From assembly GCA_963761305.1 (NCBI GenBank), contig CAVXGK010000002.1, positions 2,112,001 through 2,176,000 on the forward strand: DNA of 64,000 bases, written 5' to 3'. A model generated the notes under the pieces. It was not told where the DNA came from, did no database searches, and saw only the letters and a program-made list of their open reading frames with translations. Numbering within the stretch: position 1 is the first letter of the stretch; every line of letters begins with the position of its first letter. Shown here piece by piece: positions 19,121 to 28,611 of this stretch. This DNA comes from an uncultured Gemmatimonadaceae bacterium. GTDB taxonomy: Bacteria > Gemmatimonadota > Gemmatimonadetes > Gemmatimonadales > Gemmatimonadaceae. The translations under genes were made by a program, and so were the position numbers.

Positions 19121-20012
19121 TCACGTCTTGTCCCATTGCTCAAGTGCCTCGGTGAGCTCGCGGTACACCGGGGCCGTGTCGGGCGCCTGTTTGGGGAGGC
19201 GACCCAGCTCACTGGCCGCGACTGAGAGCCGCTCGAGCACCGCTCGAATCGCGGTGTCTGGAATGGCGCCGACTTTTTCGCCGCGATAGTTGGTGAGGAT
19301 CGCCTGAATTGCCTTGGGAAGTCTCGCGTGATCGGGCGAGCCGTCGGCGCAGCGGAATGGAAGCTTCCACGTCGCCGGATCGGACGCATTCCCGACGAAG
19401 GCGAAGCAGCTGCAGGGCAAATGGTACTTGTGATGAAGGAGCTGCGCTTCTCCGTCGGACGGCTCCGCCGAGCTCGATGATTGGGTGCCGGGCGGAGAGA
19501 TGACACGGAGCTTGGCGTCGTCGCGGTCGGGACGCGGTCTGTAGATGCCCTGAACGGACAGCCAATAGGATTTGGGGCTCGCCGCACGAGTTGCACGAAG
19601 ACGCTCGGTCAAGCCACACCGACGACGACCGCGGCGTACAGCATCTCGCCGTCGCTGATCGCGACGACACGAACACGTTGCTCGGCGGCGTATCGACAGG
19701 CTTGGTCGAGTGCGGCGCGGGCGCCGGCAGCGTTGCGAGCGAGTGAGCCCGGCCGCTTCGCTTCGACGAGGAGGTATTTCACGGCAAGGCGCGAGGAGCA
19801 AGTCGGCGAAATCGACTTGATGATTGAGATCGGCGAGGCCAATCGAGGACGTCGGTGAACAGGTCGGCCAGGATGTCCTCGGCGACTTTCTCAGCGGCCC
19901 CACCGAGACGATCCTGATGCGCCAAACGCTCGCGACGCCTGGCGAGGAATGAAGCCCACTGCGCCTCGATGCGCTCGATCGCGCGGCGGTGAGAGGCGGT
20001 TCGTTCTGTCAT
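19121..20012 (-). pseudogene. HsdR N-terminal-like PD-(D/E)XK nuclease-domain gene with about three frameshifts
   Basis: Stitched: AEKVAEDILADLFTDVLDW / LADLNHQVDFADLL / SRLAVKYLLVEAKRPGSL..ALDQACRYA..ISDG / GLTERL..LLHHKYHLP; shifts near 19838, 19793 and 19620. Confidence 0.65.
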
Positions 20013-20084
20013 TGGTTCGTGTTTGTCGGACGTTTAAACAATGGATGATCTAAACTTGCTCTTCCTATCAACGTCGCGGTCCGT

Positions 20085-20444
20085 TAGCACACCGCGAGAA
20101 ATGGGCGTTGATGACCTTCGGAGAATGCCTCAATCGAGTCCCAGGATCTAACTAGCAGCTTGGCGATGCCCTATGCATCAAGCTGACGGGGCGTTCCCTG
20201 CTCTCACAAAAACGACACCCAGACGGCGTGCCCGAAGCAGGGCCTGAAAGTGCGGCGACTTTCGCATCGCGCGATCACGCGTGATAAGCACGCGCTGCCA
20301 TCGCGCTGCGTAATCAAGAATCAAGTCGTCCGGCGCCGCCTGACCCAATTCGGTGATCTCTCGAACGTGGGAGGTCGGCTTACTGAAAAGCCTCAGCGCC
20401 TCCGCGAGTGGCGCAGGTAGGTTGTTATCGAAAAGATAGGTCAC
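20085..20444 (-). pseudogene. VapC45-like PIN-domain toxin, disrupted
   Basis: YLFDNNLP..DDLIL..LITRDRAMR; frameshift in a C run near 20190; the restored frame has an internal TAG before GIAKLLVRSWDSIE. Confidence 0.7.
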
Positions 20445-21154
20445 GCTACCTTGCGGAGGCTCGCTTCGAAGGAGACCGCAGCATCAACCTCCACCTCGTC
20501 GATACGATACCACGCGGCAATAGAGGCAACGGAATCGCCAGCTCGGTGAAGACTGGAGAGTACGTCAGTTGGAATCCCGCCACGTGTGACTATCGGCATC
20601 CCGAACGAGCGTCGCGGGTCTAGAACGACCGGGGTACCCTGTCCTTTCGGGTACCAGCGTTGGGCCACGCCGTGCGCGTCGAAGTCCAACTGCGTCAAGT
20701 ACTGCCGAAGCACAGGCTCCATCGAGACCTGGCCAGCCCCAGCGACTTCAATCAGCGATTGCTCGTCGTGCTCACTCCCTAGCTGCAGATAGAGAGCGGC
20801 CGCGTCCACGAACCAGCGACGTGTTGCAAACGGGTGAGGCTCGTCGCGAAGGAGGCGAGCCGCCGTTCGAGTCGCCTCGCGGACTTTTGGCCACGAAAGG
20901 CCCGAGCGAAGCAGGCCTTGAACGAACATCAATTCGACGAGCTCCAGAAAGGTCAGCACCCGCGTCCCGTCGACGACCGGCGCCTCGGTACGGATAGCAG
21001 CAGCGTAATCACTCCCGCGCCGCGCGTATCCGAACGCCCAACGACGAATCGTCGGCGCCTCCTCGCCTAACAGAGCCGAAGCAGCTGATAGCGAGTAAAT
21101 GCCTTTCGATTCAACGCTTCGAGCAATAGCGGCCGTACCTTGGCGTGGAGTCAT
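20441..21154 (-). CDS. VapB45-like antitoxin (HTH plus DUF433)
   Basis: GIYSLSAAS..TIRRW; LTFLELVEL; HPFA; VVLDPRRSFGMPIV..GIPT; 4-bp overlap with the toxin start. Confidence 0.85.
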   Translation of the reverse strand: MTPRQGTAAIARSVESKGIYSLSAASALLGEEAPTIRRWAFGYARRGSDYAAAIRTEAPVVDGTRVLTFLELVELMFVQGLLRSGLSWPKVREATRTAARLLRDEPHPFATRRWFVDAAALYLQLGSEHDEQSLIEVAGAGQVSMEPVLRQYLTQLDFDAHGVAQRWYPKGQGTPVVLDPRRSFGMPIVTRGGIPTDVLSSLHRAGDSVASIAAWYRIDEVEVDAAVSFEASLRKVA

Positions 21155-21189
21155 GCTGCCTCAAACTACTGTGAAGAGGGCGAAGATGG

Positions 21190-21215
21190 AAAAGGGCGCC
21201 AACCCACGGCGCCCT
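21190..21215 (-). terminator. Intrinsic terminator of nrdJ
   Basis: agggcgcc/ggcgccct stem followed by a U run on the minus strand. Confidence 0.65.
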
Positions 21216-21244
21216 GAGCCCCAGCCTTAAACAGCCAGGTGTTC

Positions 21245-23836
21245 TTACCCGCATTCGCTAAACCCGCACACATGACACTTCACACATCCTTCAGCATACT
21301 CCATCTGCGACCCGCAATCCGGGCACGTCCCGATGAACGCCTCGCTCGACCGGTGTAGCCCGAACGCCAACTCCGCTTCCGCCGCCGCATTCCCCTGCGG
21401 ACGCAGCGCCGCCGGAACCTGGTGCGTCATGCTCGTCGTCATCTCACCCGCGCCCGGCGCCTGACTCGGCGTACCCGGAGCAGGCGTGGGCGGCATGAGC
21501 TCCTGCTGCACACCGCTCACGCGGTCGCGGTGCCACTCCTCGATCGCGATGCCGATCGCGTCGGGGACGGAGAGCACCTTGTTTGGACCAAGGCCCACCG
21601 CGCGATCGCTAGAAATGCCGCGCAACTGGCGGTGGACCTCGGTAATCGGAATGCCGGATCGCAGCGCGAGCGAGATGAGGCGGCCCATCGCTTCGGTGTC
21701 GGCCATCGCCGAGCCGCCGGCCTTGCCGAGGTTGATGAAGACCTCGAACGGCTGACCCTTCTCGTCTTCGGTGATGTTCACGAACATCACGCCGAGTGGG
21801 GTCTCCTTCCTTATGGTAGTGCCGCGGAGCTTGTCGGGGCGGCTGCGCTTGGCGCGACGCTGGAGGTTCTCGGCTTCTACGTCGTACAGCTGACGCTTGA
21901 GTCGATCAATATCGGCGTCGCGCTCTGCGATCGTGCTCTTGAGATCCGCCACGAGGGAGCGGTCCTCTTCTCGGCGCGGTGCCGCGTTCTCGCGCGCTTC
22001 CTTGGCCCCGGCGGTCGCGCCGGTGCTCAACACCTGGTTGTCTCGGCTGCCGTCGCGGTAGACCGTGACACCCTTGCACTTCATGTCATACGCGAGCTCG
22101 TAGATCTTGCGCACGTCTTCGACGGTCGCGGTGTGGGCGAAATTAGTAGTCTTTGAAATCGCCGAGTCGCAGTGGTCCTGGAAAGCGGCCTGCATCTTGA
22201 TGTGCCATTCGGGGGCGATCGCGTTGGCGGTGACGAAGACGCGCTGCCACTTCTTGGGCACTTCGGGATGTTCGACCGAACCGGTCTTGGCGATGCGCTC
22301 CATCAGCTCGTCGGTGTACCAGCCCTCGGACTTGGCGATGGCGACGAAGTCTTCGTTCACGTCGGGCATCATCACGCCGGCCTGGTTGCGCATGAAGGCA
22401 ACGGCGAACAGCGGCTCGAGTCCCGAAGAGCAGCCGGCGATGATCGAGATCGTGCCGGTGGGCGCGACAGTGGTGACATTGCAGTTGCGCAGGAGCTGCA
22501 TGGGACGGATGCGCTTTCCGTTCTCATCCCGCGCGCACGTTTCGTCGGGGCCCCAGATGCTCTTGGCCCACTCGGCGAAGGGTCCGCGGTCGCCGGCGAG
22601 ACGCTCGGATTCGCGCTTGCCTTCGACGTCGACAAACTCCATCACCGTGCGGCCGAAATCCACACCCTCGGCCGTGTCGTAGGCGATGCCGAGTCGAACG
22701 CACGCGTCGGCGAAGCCCATCACGCCGAGCCCGATGCGGCGGATGCGCTTGGAGAGCGCGTCGATCGCCTCGAGCGGGTACTTGTTGACGTCGATGATGT
22801 TGTCGAGGAAGTGCGTGGAGAGATGGATGTCGGCCTTGAAGCCGTCCCAATCCATTTTCCCGTCTCTTACATAAAAGCCGACGTTAATGGAGCCGAGGTT
22901 GCAGACGTCGTAGGCGAGGAGCGGCTGCTCGCCGCAGGGGTTCGTCGCTTCGTAACGGCCGAGGCTCGGGACCGGGTTGTATCGGTTGGCTTCGTCGACG
23001 AAGAAGACACCCGGCTCGCCGGTGCGCCACGCGCCGAGGATCATGCGGTCCCAGACGGTGCGCGCGTCTAATTGTCCGACGACGGCGGGTTGACCGGTGG
23101 ACCGGTTGACCGGTTGACCGGAACTGCTGACAGACGATGGGTCGATGAGATCGTACGACGTCCCGGCCTTCACCGCTTCCATGAACTTGCTGGTCACGGC
23201 GACGCTGATGTTGAAGTTCGTCACCTGCGTGAGGTCTTCCTTGCAGGTGATGAATTCCAGGATGTCCGGGTGATCGACGCGGAGGATGCCCATGTTGGCG
23301 CCGCGACGCGTGCCGCCCTGCTTCACCGCGTCGGTGGACGCGTCATAGAGCTTCATGAAGGAGACGGGTCCCGACGCGACGCCGGTCGTCGAGCGGACCA
23401 TCGATCCCTTGGGACGGAGGCGCGAGAAGGAGAAACCGGTGCCGCCGCCCGACTGATGGATGAGCGCCATGGCGCTCAGCGTGTCGTAGATGCCGTTCTT
23501 GCCGTTGGCGAGAGCGTCTTCGACGGGAAGCACGAAGCACGCGCTGAGCTGACCGAGTGGACGACCGGCGTTCATGAGCGTCGGCGAGTTGGGCTCGAAG
23601 CGACGCTGGGTCATCAACTGATAGAACTCGTTCGCGACCTTGAGGACCTGCGGGTCGGTCGCGCCGTATCGGCGATCGGCTTCCGCGACAACCGACGCCA
23701 CGCGCCAGAAGAGATCTTCTGGCTGCTCGACGGGCTTGCCCTTTTCGTTCTTCACCAGGTAGCGCTTTTCGAGAACGGTACGCGCGTTGGCGGAGAGCGA
23801 GACGGGGCCCGAGGGCGGGTTGACGGGAAGCGGCAT
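21245..23836 (-). CDS. nrdJ: Adenosylcobalamin-dependent (class II) ribonucleotide reductase
   Basis: PNSPTLMNAG, QLSACFV, GGGTG, RRGANM, TNPCGEQ, RRIGLG and TVAPTGT motifs; C-terminal TSCPD-like domain and CPDC..CHVC zinc ribbon. Confidence 0.95.
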   Translation of the reverse strand: MPLPVNPPSGPVSLSANARTVLEKRYLVKNEKGKPVEQPEDLFWRVASVVAEADRRYGATDPQVLKVANEFYQLMTQRRFEPNSPTLMNAGRPLGQLSACFVLPVEDALANGKNGIYDTLSAMALIHQSGGGTGFSFSRLRPKGSMVRSTTGVASGPVSFMKLYDASTDAVKQGGTRRGANMGILRVDHPDILEFITCKEDLTQVTNFNISVAVTSKFMEAVKAGTSYDLIDPSSVSSSGQPVNRSTGQPAVVGQLDARTVWDRMILGAWRTGEPGVFFVDEANRYNPVPSLGRYEATNPCGEQPLLAYDVCNLGSINVGFYVRDGKMDWDGFKADIHLSTHFLDNIIDVNKYPLEAIDALSKRIRRIGLGVMGFADACVRLGIAYDTAEGVDFGRTVMEFVDVEGKRESERLAGDRGPFAEWAKSIWGPDETCARDENGKRIRPMQLLRNCNVTTVAPTGTISIIAGCSSGLEPLFAVAFMRNQAGVMMPDVNEDFVAIAKSEGWYTDELMERIAKTGSVEHPEVPKKWQRVFVTANAIAPEWHIKMQAAFQDHCDSAISKTTNFAHTATVEDVRKIYELAYDMKCKGVTVYRDGSRDNQVLSTGATAGAKEARENAAPRREEDRSLVADLKSTIAERDADIDRLKRQLYDVEAENLQRRAKRSRPDKLRGTTIRKETPLGVMFVNITEDEKGQPFEVFINLGKAGGSAMADTEAMGRLISLALRSGIPITEVHRQLRGISSDRAVGLGPNKVLSVPDAIGIAIEEWHRDRVSGVQQELMPPTPAPGTPSQAPGAGEMTTSMTHQVPAALRPQGNAAAEAELAFGLHRSSEAFIGTCPDCGSQMEYAEGCVKCHVCGFSECG
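23088..23121. repeat. Family A 8-bp tandem repeat inside nrdJ
   Basis: ggt-tgaccggt-ggaccggt-tgaccggt-tgaccgg. Confidence 0.8.
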
Positions 23837-24070
23837 GTTGACGGGACTCCGGGCGGAGGCGAAAGAACAATCGATCGTGGAATCGATTGTAACAGAGGGA
23901 CTTGTCTAGGGGTTTACCGCAGGAAGGAACCGCGGGGCGGCATTCTATCCATGTTCGTGATTCCACGCCAGTAGTAATGTAAGGACAGACAGAAGCACGA
24001 GTTACGAAATGAACATCACGATTGTGCGCGGTGACGTAAGGCCGGGTTGATAAGCGGGGTCAACTGCAAG

Positions 24071-24196
24071 GGTGGACCGGTAGACCGGTGGACCGGTGGA
24101 CCGGAAAAACAGCGAGAAAGGCGCCAAGGCACCATCGATTAACGAGTTGTCACGCAGTTCGACCGGTCCACCGGTCTACCGGTCCACCGGTCCACC
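24071..24196. repeat. Family A 8-bp repeat, inverted pair of arrays
   Basis: (ggaccggt)n at 24071-24104 and (accggtcc)n at 24162-24196. Confidence 0.9.
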
Positions 24197-24251
24197 TCTG
24201 TTATGCTGCCGCGACGCTGTCGTGATGATTTGCTTCGAAACACGGCGACCA

Positions 24252-24728
24252 TTACGCCGGCCTGTACCGCTTCTGCAGCTCGACGTAGGACTCGACTGTC
24301 TTTTGTATGCGAACGCGATCGGCGTCGGTCGTTTCACGAACGACTTTGCCCGGCACGCCGAGTACGAGGGAGTTGGGTGGAATGCGCATGCCTTCGCGGC
24401 ACACGGCGCCGGCGCCGACGATCGAGCCGGTGCCGACGTGCACGCCGTTGAGGAGGATCGCGCCCATCGCGATCAAGCAATCGTCTTCGATCGTGGCGCC
24501 GTGGACGATGGCGCGATGTCCGATCGCCACGCGCTTTCCTATGTGCGTCGGGATGCCATCATCCACATGAATGATGGTTCCGTCCTGCACGTTGCTGTCG
24601 TCGCCGATCTCGATCGTGTCGGAGTCGCCGCGAAGGACGGCGGTGGGCCACACCGAGACGCGCGCACCGAGTGTCACGTTGCCGGTGACGATGGCGGCCG
24701 GATGGATGTACGCGGTGGGATCGATCAC
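24252..24728 (-). CDS. Gamma carbonic anhydrase family (hexapeptide repeat) protein
   Basis: AVLRGD, SNVQDGTIIH and IGHRAIVHGA with three His ligands; start uncertain. Confidence 0.9.
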   Translation of the reverse strand: MIDPTAYIHPAAIVTGNVTLGARVSVWPTAVLRGDSDTIEIGDDSNVQDGTIIHVDDGIPTHIGKRVAIGHRAIVHGATIEDDCLIAMGAILLNGVHVGTGSIVGAGAVCREGMRIPPNSLVLGVPGKVVRETTDADRVRIQKTVESYVELQKRYRPA

Positions 24729-24850
24729 GGTGGAAGCGAACGATAGCGACGCCGCGCGCGTTCGCAATTTCTTGACAAACGCGAACGGATTCGTGATCAA
24801 ATCGCGTCAGAAATAACCGTTGACATTCTCGCGCCGCGGTCTGGCCACTC

Positions 24851-26908
24851 TCAGGGGATCGTGAGATTCGAGAGGTAGTCCTCGAGCTCCTTACGCGCGG
24901 CGTCGCGCTTGGCGGTGAGCGTATCGCGATCGGCGTGCAGTGACTCGAGTGTCGATTCCTGTTCGTTGAGTTTGGCGAGCAGGCGCTGGTAGTACTGCGT
25001 GTTGTTCGACACGGTCTTCATGTTCTCGCGAATCCGACCCTGCTCCGTAGTAATCCCATTTATGTCGGCGGTGCGCGCCGCGATTTGGCGGTCGAGGTCT
25101 GACATCGCGTTCTTGAGCGAGATGGCCTTGGCGATCGCGTCGCGGACGTTGGACGGGATCGAGCCGGTGCGCTGGTAGACGAGGAGCTGCGTCACATCCA
25201 TCGGCATGATCGCCAACTGCTCGGTCTGCGTCGACTGCTCCTTCACGGCGAACGTCGCCGCCTTGTGCGCGGGCGCGTCGCCCTTGAAGCGGTAGACGGA
25301 TGCCGTCGTCTCGAGCGGCTTCTGCGTGTCGACGAGCGTCCATCCCCCGCGAACGGGGTGTTCGATGATGATCGTCTTGTCTTTGGCGCTCTTGTTCTCG
25401 AGCGTGTACGACTTGGTCGACTCCATGTGCCGGTCGACCCAGAGCATGCCTTTGACGATGCGCGCGGTGGTGACGACGGCGTTGCTCGACGTCCATTTCG
25501 TGGTGGCAATGGTTTCGAGATCGACGCCGTAGCTCAAGAGACGGTCCTGCCCAGGCGGGACGTCGTCGATGCGCGCGTCGCCGGCGTAGCCGACGTCCAT
25601 CACGGTGAGCGGACCTTGCAGCAGATGCTTGCCGCTCGTGTTTTTCATGCGGACGCCGTTGAGCGGGTGGCTGCCGAGCACGGCGTCGTTGTAGATCGAC
25701 AGGCGCTCGACCTGGACGCTGTCGTTCACGATCGGCAGCATGGCCGACTTCTGACGCGCGAGCGTGACGTTGCCGACGGCGTACTGAAAGAGCTCACCCA
25801 TCTGCCCCGACGTGCCGAGCGGCTGAATCGACGCCCCAGCGTCGAGCTCTTTGTCCATTCCCGCCACGACGACCTCGCTCAGCGCCATCGGGCCTCGGAT
25901 CATGATCGGGCCGTTGGCGGCGCGCGAGCCATACAGAACGTCGCGGGCAGCGCTTTTCGCGGCGGCGGGTGACGCCGCTGGCGCGAAAGCGACGGAATCG
26001 ACCGCGGACATCGCGTCGTCGTAGCGCTGCGGCGTCAAACCGGCCCACAGCTCGGGGCGCACGACGGGACGCGTCGCGTACAGCGGGCGATAGAGATCCA
26101 TGATGAACGACACCGGACGTCCGCTCACCAGCGAGAGCGAGACGTTGTTCCAGTCGCTCTCGGTCTGGTTCTCGACCATCGCCCAGCCCTGCAGATATGC
26201 CGACGTCTTGTCGCCGAGTAGCAGACGATAGCTCGTCTTCCAGACCGGCGTCTCGACGACGTACCCGATCCGCACTCGGCGATCCCCGGCGCCGTTGAAG
26301 TTGATCGTGACGGGCTTCTTGTCCTGGTCGCGCGCCTGCACGAGCGCGGTGAGCGCTTTGGTCAGTTCGTCTTGCAGCTGCGGATCGTCGAGCGTGAGGC
26401 TGGAGATCGACGGCAGCTCGATGGAGCGGATGGCGGCGCCGGTCATGAGGTTGAGCACTGGCACCTCGATCGGCAGCTCGCCGCGATCGGCGATCTTCTG
26501 CCGTCGCTCGACGCCAAGGATCGTGCCGGTGATGTGCTCGGCTTGTTCGTTGATGGTGACGCGCGCGCCGCGCAGCTGCTCGAGAAGATCGGCGAGGCTC
26601 GGGTTGCGCGTTATGTCGACCTGAAAGCTCCTGAGCGTCTTGTCGAGCGGATCCAGCGACGGATAGGTGATGGCGCCGACGTGGCCGCCGTCTTCGTCCT
26701 GGAGGACGATCGATTTCAGGATGTCGTTGATCTGGTTCGTCTTGAAGCGCAGTTGGGTGGTCGCGTTGCCGCGCACCGTGCCGGCGTGCTCGAAGTACCC
26801 GACGCCCGACGAAAACAGCATGACTTTCGTGACCGGGACTGACTGTGCTCCGGCCAGACTGACCGCGGTCAACCACCCCGCCATTGCAAAGTGCAAGTGC
26901 GCGCGCAT
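24851..26908 (-). CDS. DUF4139-domain secreted protein
   Basis: Signal peptide; LFSSGVGYFEH, INDILKS, PVWKTSYRL, ENQTESDW..LSLVSGRP; C-terminal coiled coil. Confidence 0.8.
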   Translation of the reverse strand: MRAHLHFAMAGWLTAVSLAGAQSVPVTKVMLFSSGVGYFEHAGTVRGNATTQLRFKTNQINDILKSIVLQDEDGGHVGAITYPSLDPLDKTLRSFQVDITRNPSLADLLEQLRGARVTINEQAEHITGTILGVERRQKIADRGELPIEVPVLNLMTGAAIRSIELPSISSLTLDDPQLQDELTKALTALVQARDQDKKPVTINFNGAGDRRVRIGYVVETPVWKTSYRLLLGDKTSAYLQGWAMVENQTESDWNNVSLSLVSGRPVSFIMDLYRPLYATRPVVRPELWAGLTPQRYDDAMSAVDSVAFAPAASPAAAKSAARDVLYGSRAANGPIMIRGPMALSEVVVAGMDKELDAGASIQPLGTSGQMGELFQYAVGNVTLARQKSAMLPIVNDSVQVERLSIYNDAVLGSHPLNGVRMKNTSGKHLLQGPLTVMDVGYAGDARIDDVPPGQDRLLSYGVDLETIATTKWTSSNAVVTTARIVKGMLWVDRHMESTKSYTLENKSAKDKTIIIEHPVRGGWTLVDTQKPLETTASVYRFKGDAPAHKAATFAVKEQSTQTEQLAIMPMDVTQLLVYQRTGSIPSNVRDAIAKAISLKNAMSDLDRQIAARTADINGITTEQGRIRENMKTVSNNTQYYQRLLAKLNEQESTLESLHADRDTLTAKRDAARKELEDYLSNLTIP

Positions 26909-27008
26909 GAGGGCCTCGTCTCCAGTATCTACTCAGACAACTTCACGAATGGCCGGTTGGGCCACATCGTTCTGTAGGAGACGCGCGGGGTTTCGATACT
27001 TGCACACG

Positions 27009-27373
27009 TCAACAGCAACAGCATCAGCAACAACGACAGCAACAGCAACAGCAACAGCTCGACGCAGAGACGCGGAGGGGGACTTAGAGACGCAGAGGGT
27101 CCCAGCCGACTCAAATGGAGACAACAAGGGCTCTTGGGCCGTTTGTTTCAGTTTGTTCTCCGTTGGTTTCGGCAGTTCTCGTTGATGCTCGGCTGTGGTG
27201 GCGGCTTGGGCGCCACGTCGAGCGGGAACGATAGGACACTGAAACAGACGGAATGAACGGACACAAACGGAGGGAACGATTTTGACTTTCGTTCGGCCGG
27301 GAAAAGTCGCGGTCCACCGGTCCACCGGTCCACCGGTCCACCGGTCCACCGGTCCACCGGTCCACCGGTCTAC
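27009..27373. repeat. Composite repeat tract: (ACAGCA)n plus family B, two family C arms and a family A array
   Basis: acagca run ~27012-27058; gacgcagagacgcggagg from 27061; C arms ~27139-27170 and ~27234-27271; (cggtccac)x7 plus cggtctac at 27310-27373. Confidence 0.85.
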
Positions 27374-28611
27374 GGCCGGTAGACGATCTTCCAGATTCGG
27401 CCGCCCTTGTCGTCGGTGAGATACACGGCGCCGTCGGGGCCTTGGGCGAGACCGACGGGGCGGTGGGTGGCGCCCGTCGGAGTTGGGACGTCGCCGGCGA
27501 AGCCGGAGGCGAAGGTCGAGTAGGATGTGGCTTGGCCGTCTTTGAAATGCAGGAAGACGACTTGATAGCCCTCTTCCGGCATCGGACGCCGATACGCGGA
27601 GCCGTGGAAGGCGATGAAGGCGCCGCCACGATAGTCGGCGGGGAACATCGTTCCCGTATAGAAAAGAATCGACATCGGCGACCAATGCGCCGGGAACACG
27701 AGCAACGGCTGGATCAGGTGGTCGCAACGCGTCGTGATACGGCCGTCGCCGCCGTACTCGGGCGCCAGCTTGCGCTCGTCCTTTAGATAATCGTAATAGC
27801 AGTAGGGCCAGCCGAAGTCGGCGTGCGACGAGGCCACGCGCACCAACTCTTCGCTGGCGGCTTCGGCGGCGTCGGCCTCGGTGTAGAAGGCCGGCCAGCC
27901 TTCGTGCAGACCGTCGCGTCCGTGCGACACGGCGATGACCGACGAGTCCGACGGGCGGACGCCGAGCGCGACGGCGTTGTGCAGACCCGTCGCGATGCGG
28001 GTGCCGCTGGCGATGGTCTGATGCGTGTGGTCGAGCTTGAAGCTCCAGATGCCGCCGCTCGCGTCGAGCTCGGGGCATGGACTCTGGCCCGTCGCGGCCA
28101 CGGCGGTGTCCTTCGCGCAACCGTTCGAGGCCGCGCCGACGTTGACGAGCAGATTGCCTCGAAAGTCGATCGCCAGCGTGTGCGACGGGATCGGCCGCTC
28201 GGCGAGCCCGGAGATGATCGTGTCGACATGCCCGCGCAAGCCGAGCGTTCCGGTGAGGTGATAGCGGAGAATCTGGTCCGACGTCGACGCGATGAGCGTC
28301 GAGTCGCTCTGTAGCACGACGCCGTGGACTCCCGTCTCGCCGAACCGCTCCAGAGTGTCGGCGTGTCCGTCGTGCTTCCGGTCGCGCAGCGCGACCACTC
28401 CGCCCGGCACGTGCCGTTGGTCGACGACGCCGACGAACACGTCGCCGTTCGACCGCACCGCGATCTCACGCGCCGGACCAACCGTGTCGGCGAAGATGAG
28501 CGCGCAAAACTTCGGAGGCAGCTTGATGCTCGCGTCGCAATCGGGAGCGGAAACGGGCTTGTGCGCGCAGGCAGCGGTGAGAAACAAGAAGAGGGTAGAC
28601 CGGTAGCTCAG
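27370..28611 (-). CDS. PQQ-dependent sugar (glucose/sorbosone) dehydrogenase family lipoprotein
   Basis: Lipobox TAAC; IATGLHN, DFGWPYCY, AHWSPM, AFHGS and RPVGLAQGPDGAVYLTDD; start uncertain. Confidence 0.85.
   Translation of the reverse strand: MSYRSTLFLFLTAACAHKPVSAPDCDASIKLPPKFCALIFADTVGPAREIAVRSNGDVFVGVVDQRHVPGGVVALRDRKHDGHADTLERFGETGVHGVVLQSDSTLIASTSDQILRYHLTGTLGLRGHVDTIISGLAERPIPSHTLAIDFRGNLLVNVGAASNGCAKDTAVAATGQSPCPELDASGGIWSFKLDHTHQTIASGTRIATGLHNAVALGVRPSDSSVIAVSHGRDGLHEGWPAFYTEADAAEAASEELVRVASSHADFGWPYCYYDYLKDERKLAPEYGGDGRITTRCDHLIQPLLVFPAHWSPMSILFYTGTMFPADYRGGAFIAFHGSAYRRPMPEEGYQVVFLHFKDGQATSYSTFASGFAGDVPTPTGATHRPVGLAQGPDGAVYLTDDKGGRIWKIVYRP

Noticed and set aside
21245..23836. 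Intein or intron in nrdJ
   Set aside because: ORF is continuous, of normal length, with no splicing motifs; only the short repeat-derived loop is extra
23837..24070. Cobalamin riboswitch or NrdR boxes upstream of nrdJ
   Set aside because: No B12-box core recognised; the best NrdR-like stretch near 23898-23914 has wrong spacing
24096..24746. ORFs containing RSTGPPV or DRWTGGPV repeats (also 26933-28120)
   Set aside because: Translations of family A DNA repeats overlapping real genes in other frames
24772..24825. Two TTGACA hexamers on the plus strand
   Set aside because: No convincing -10 element at 16-18 bp and both flanking genes are on the minus strand
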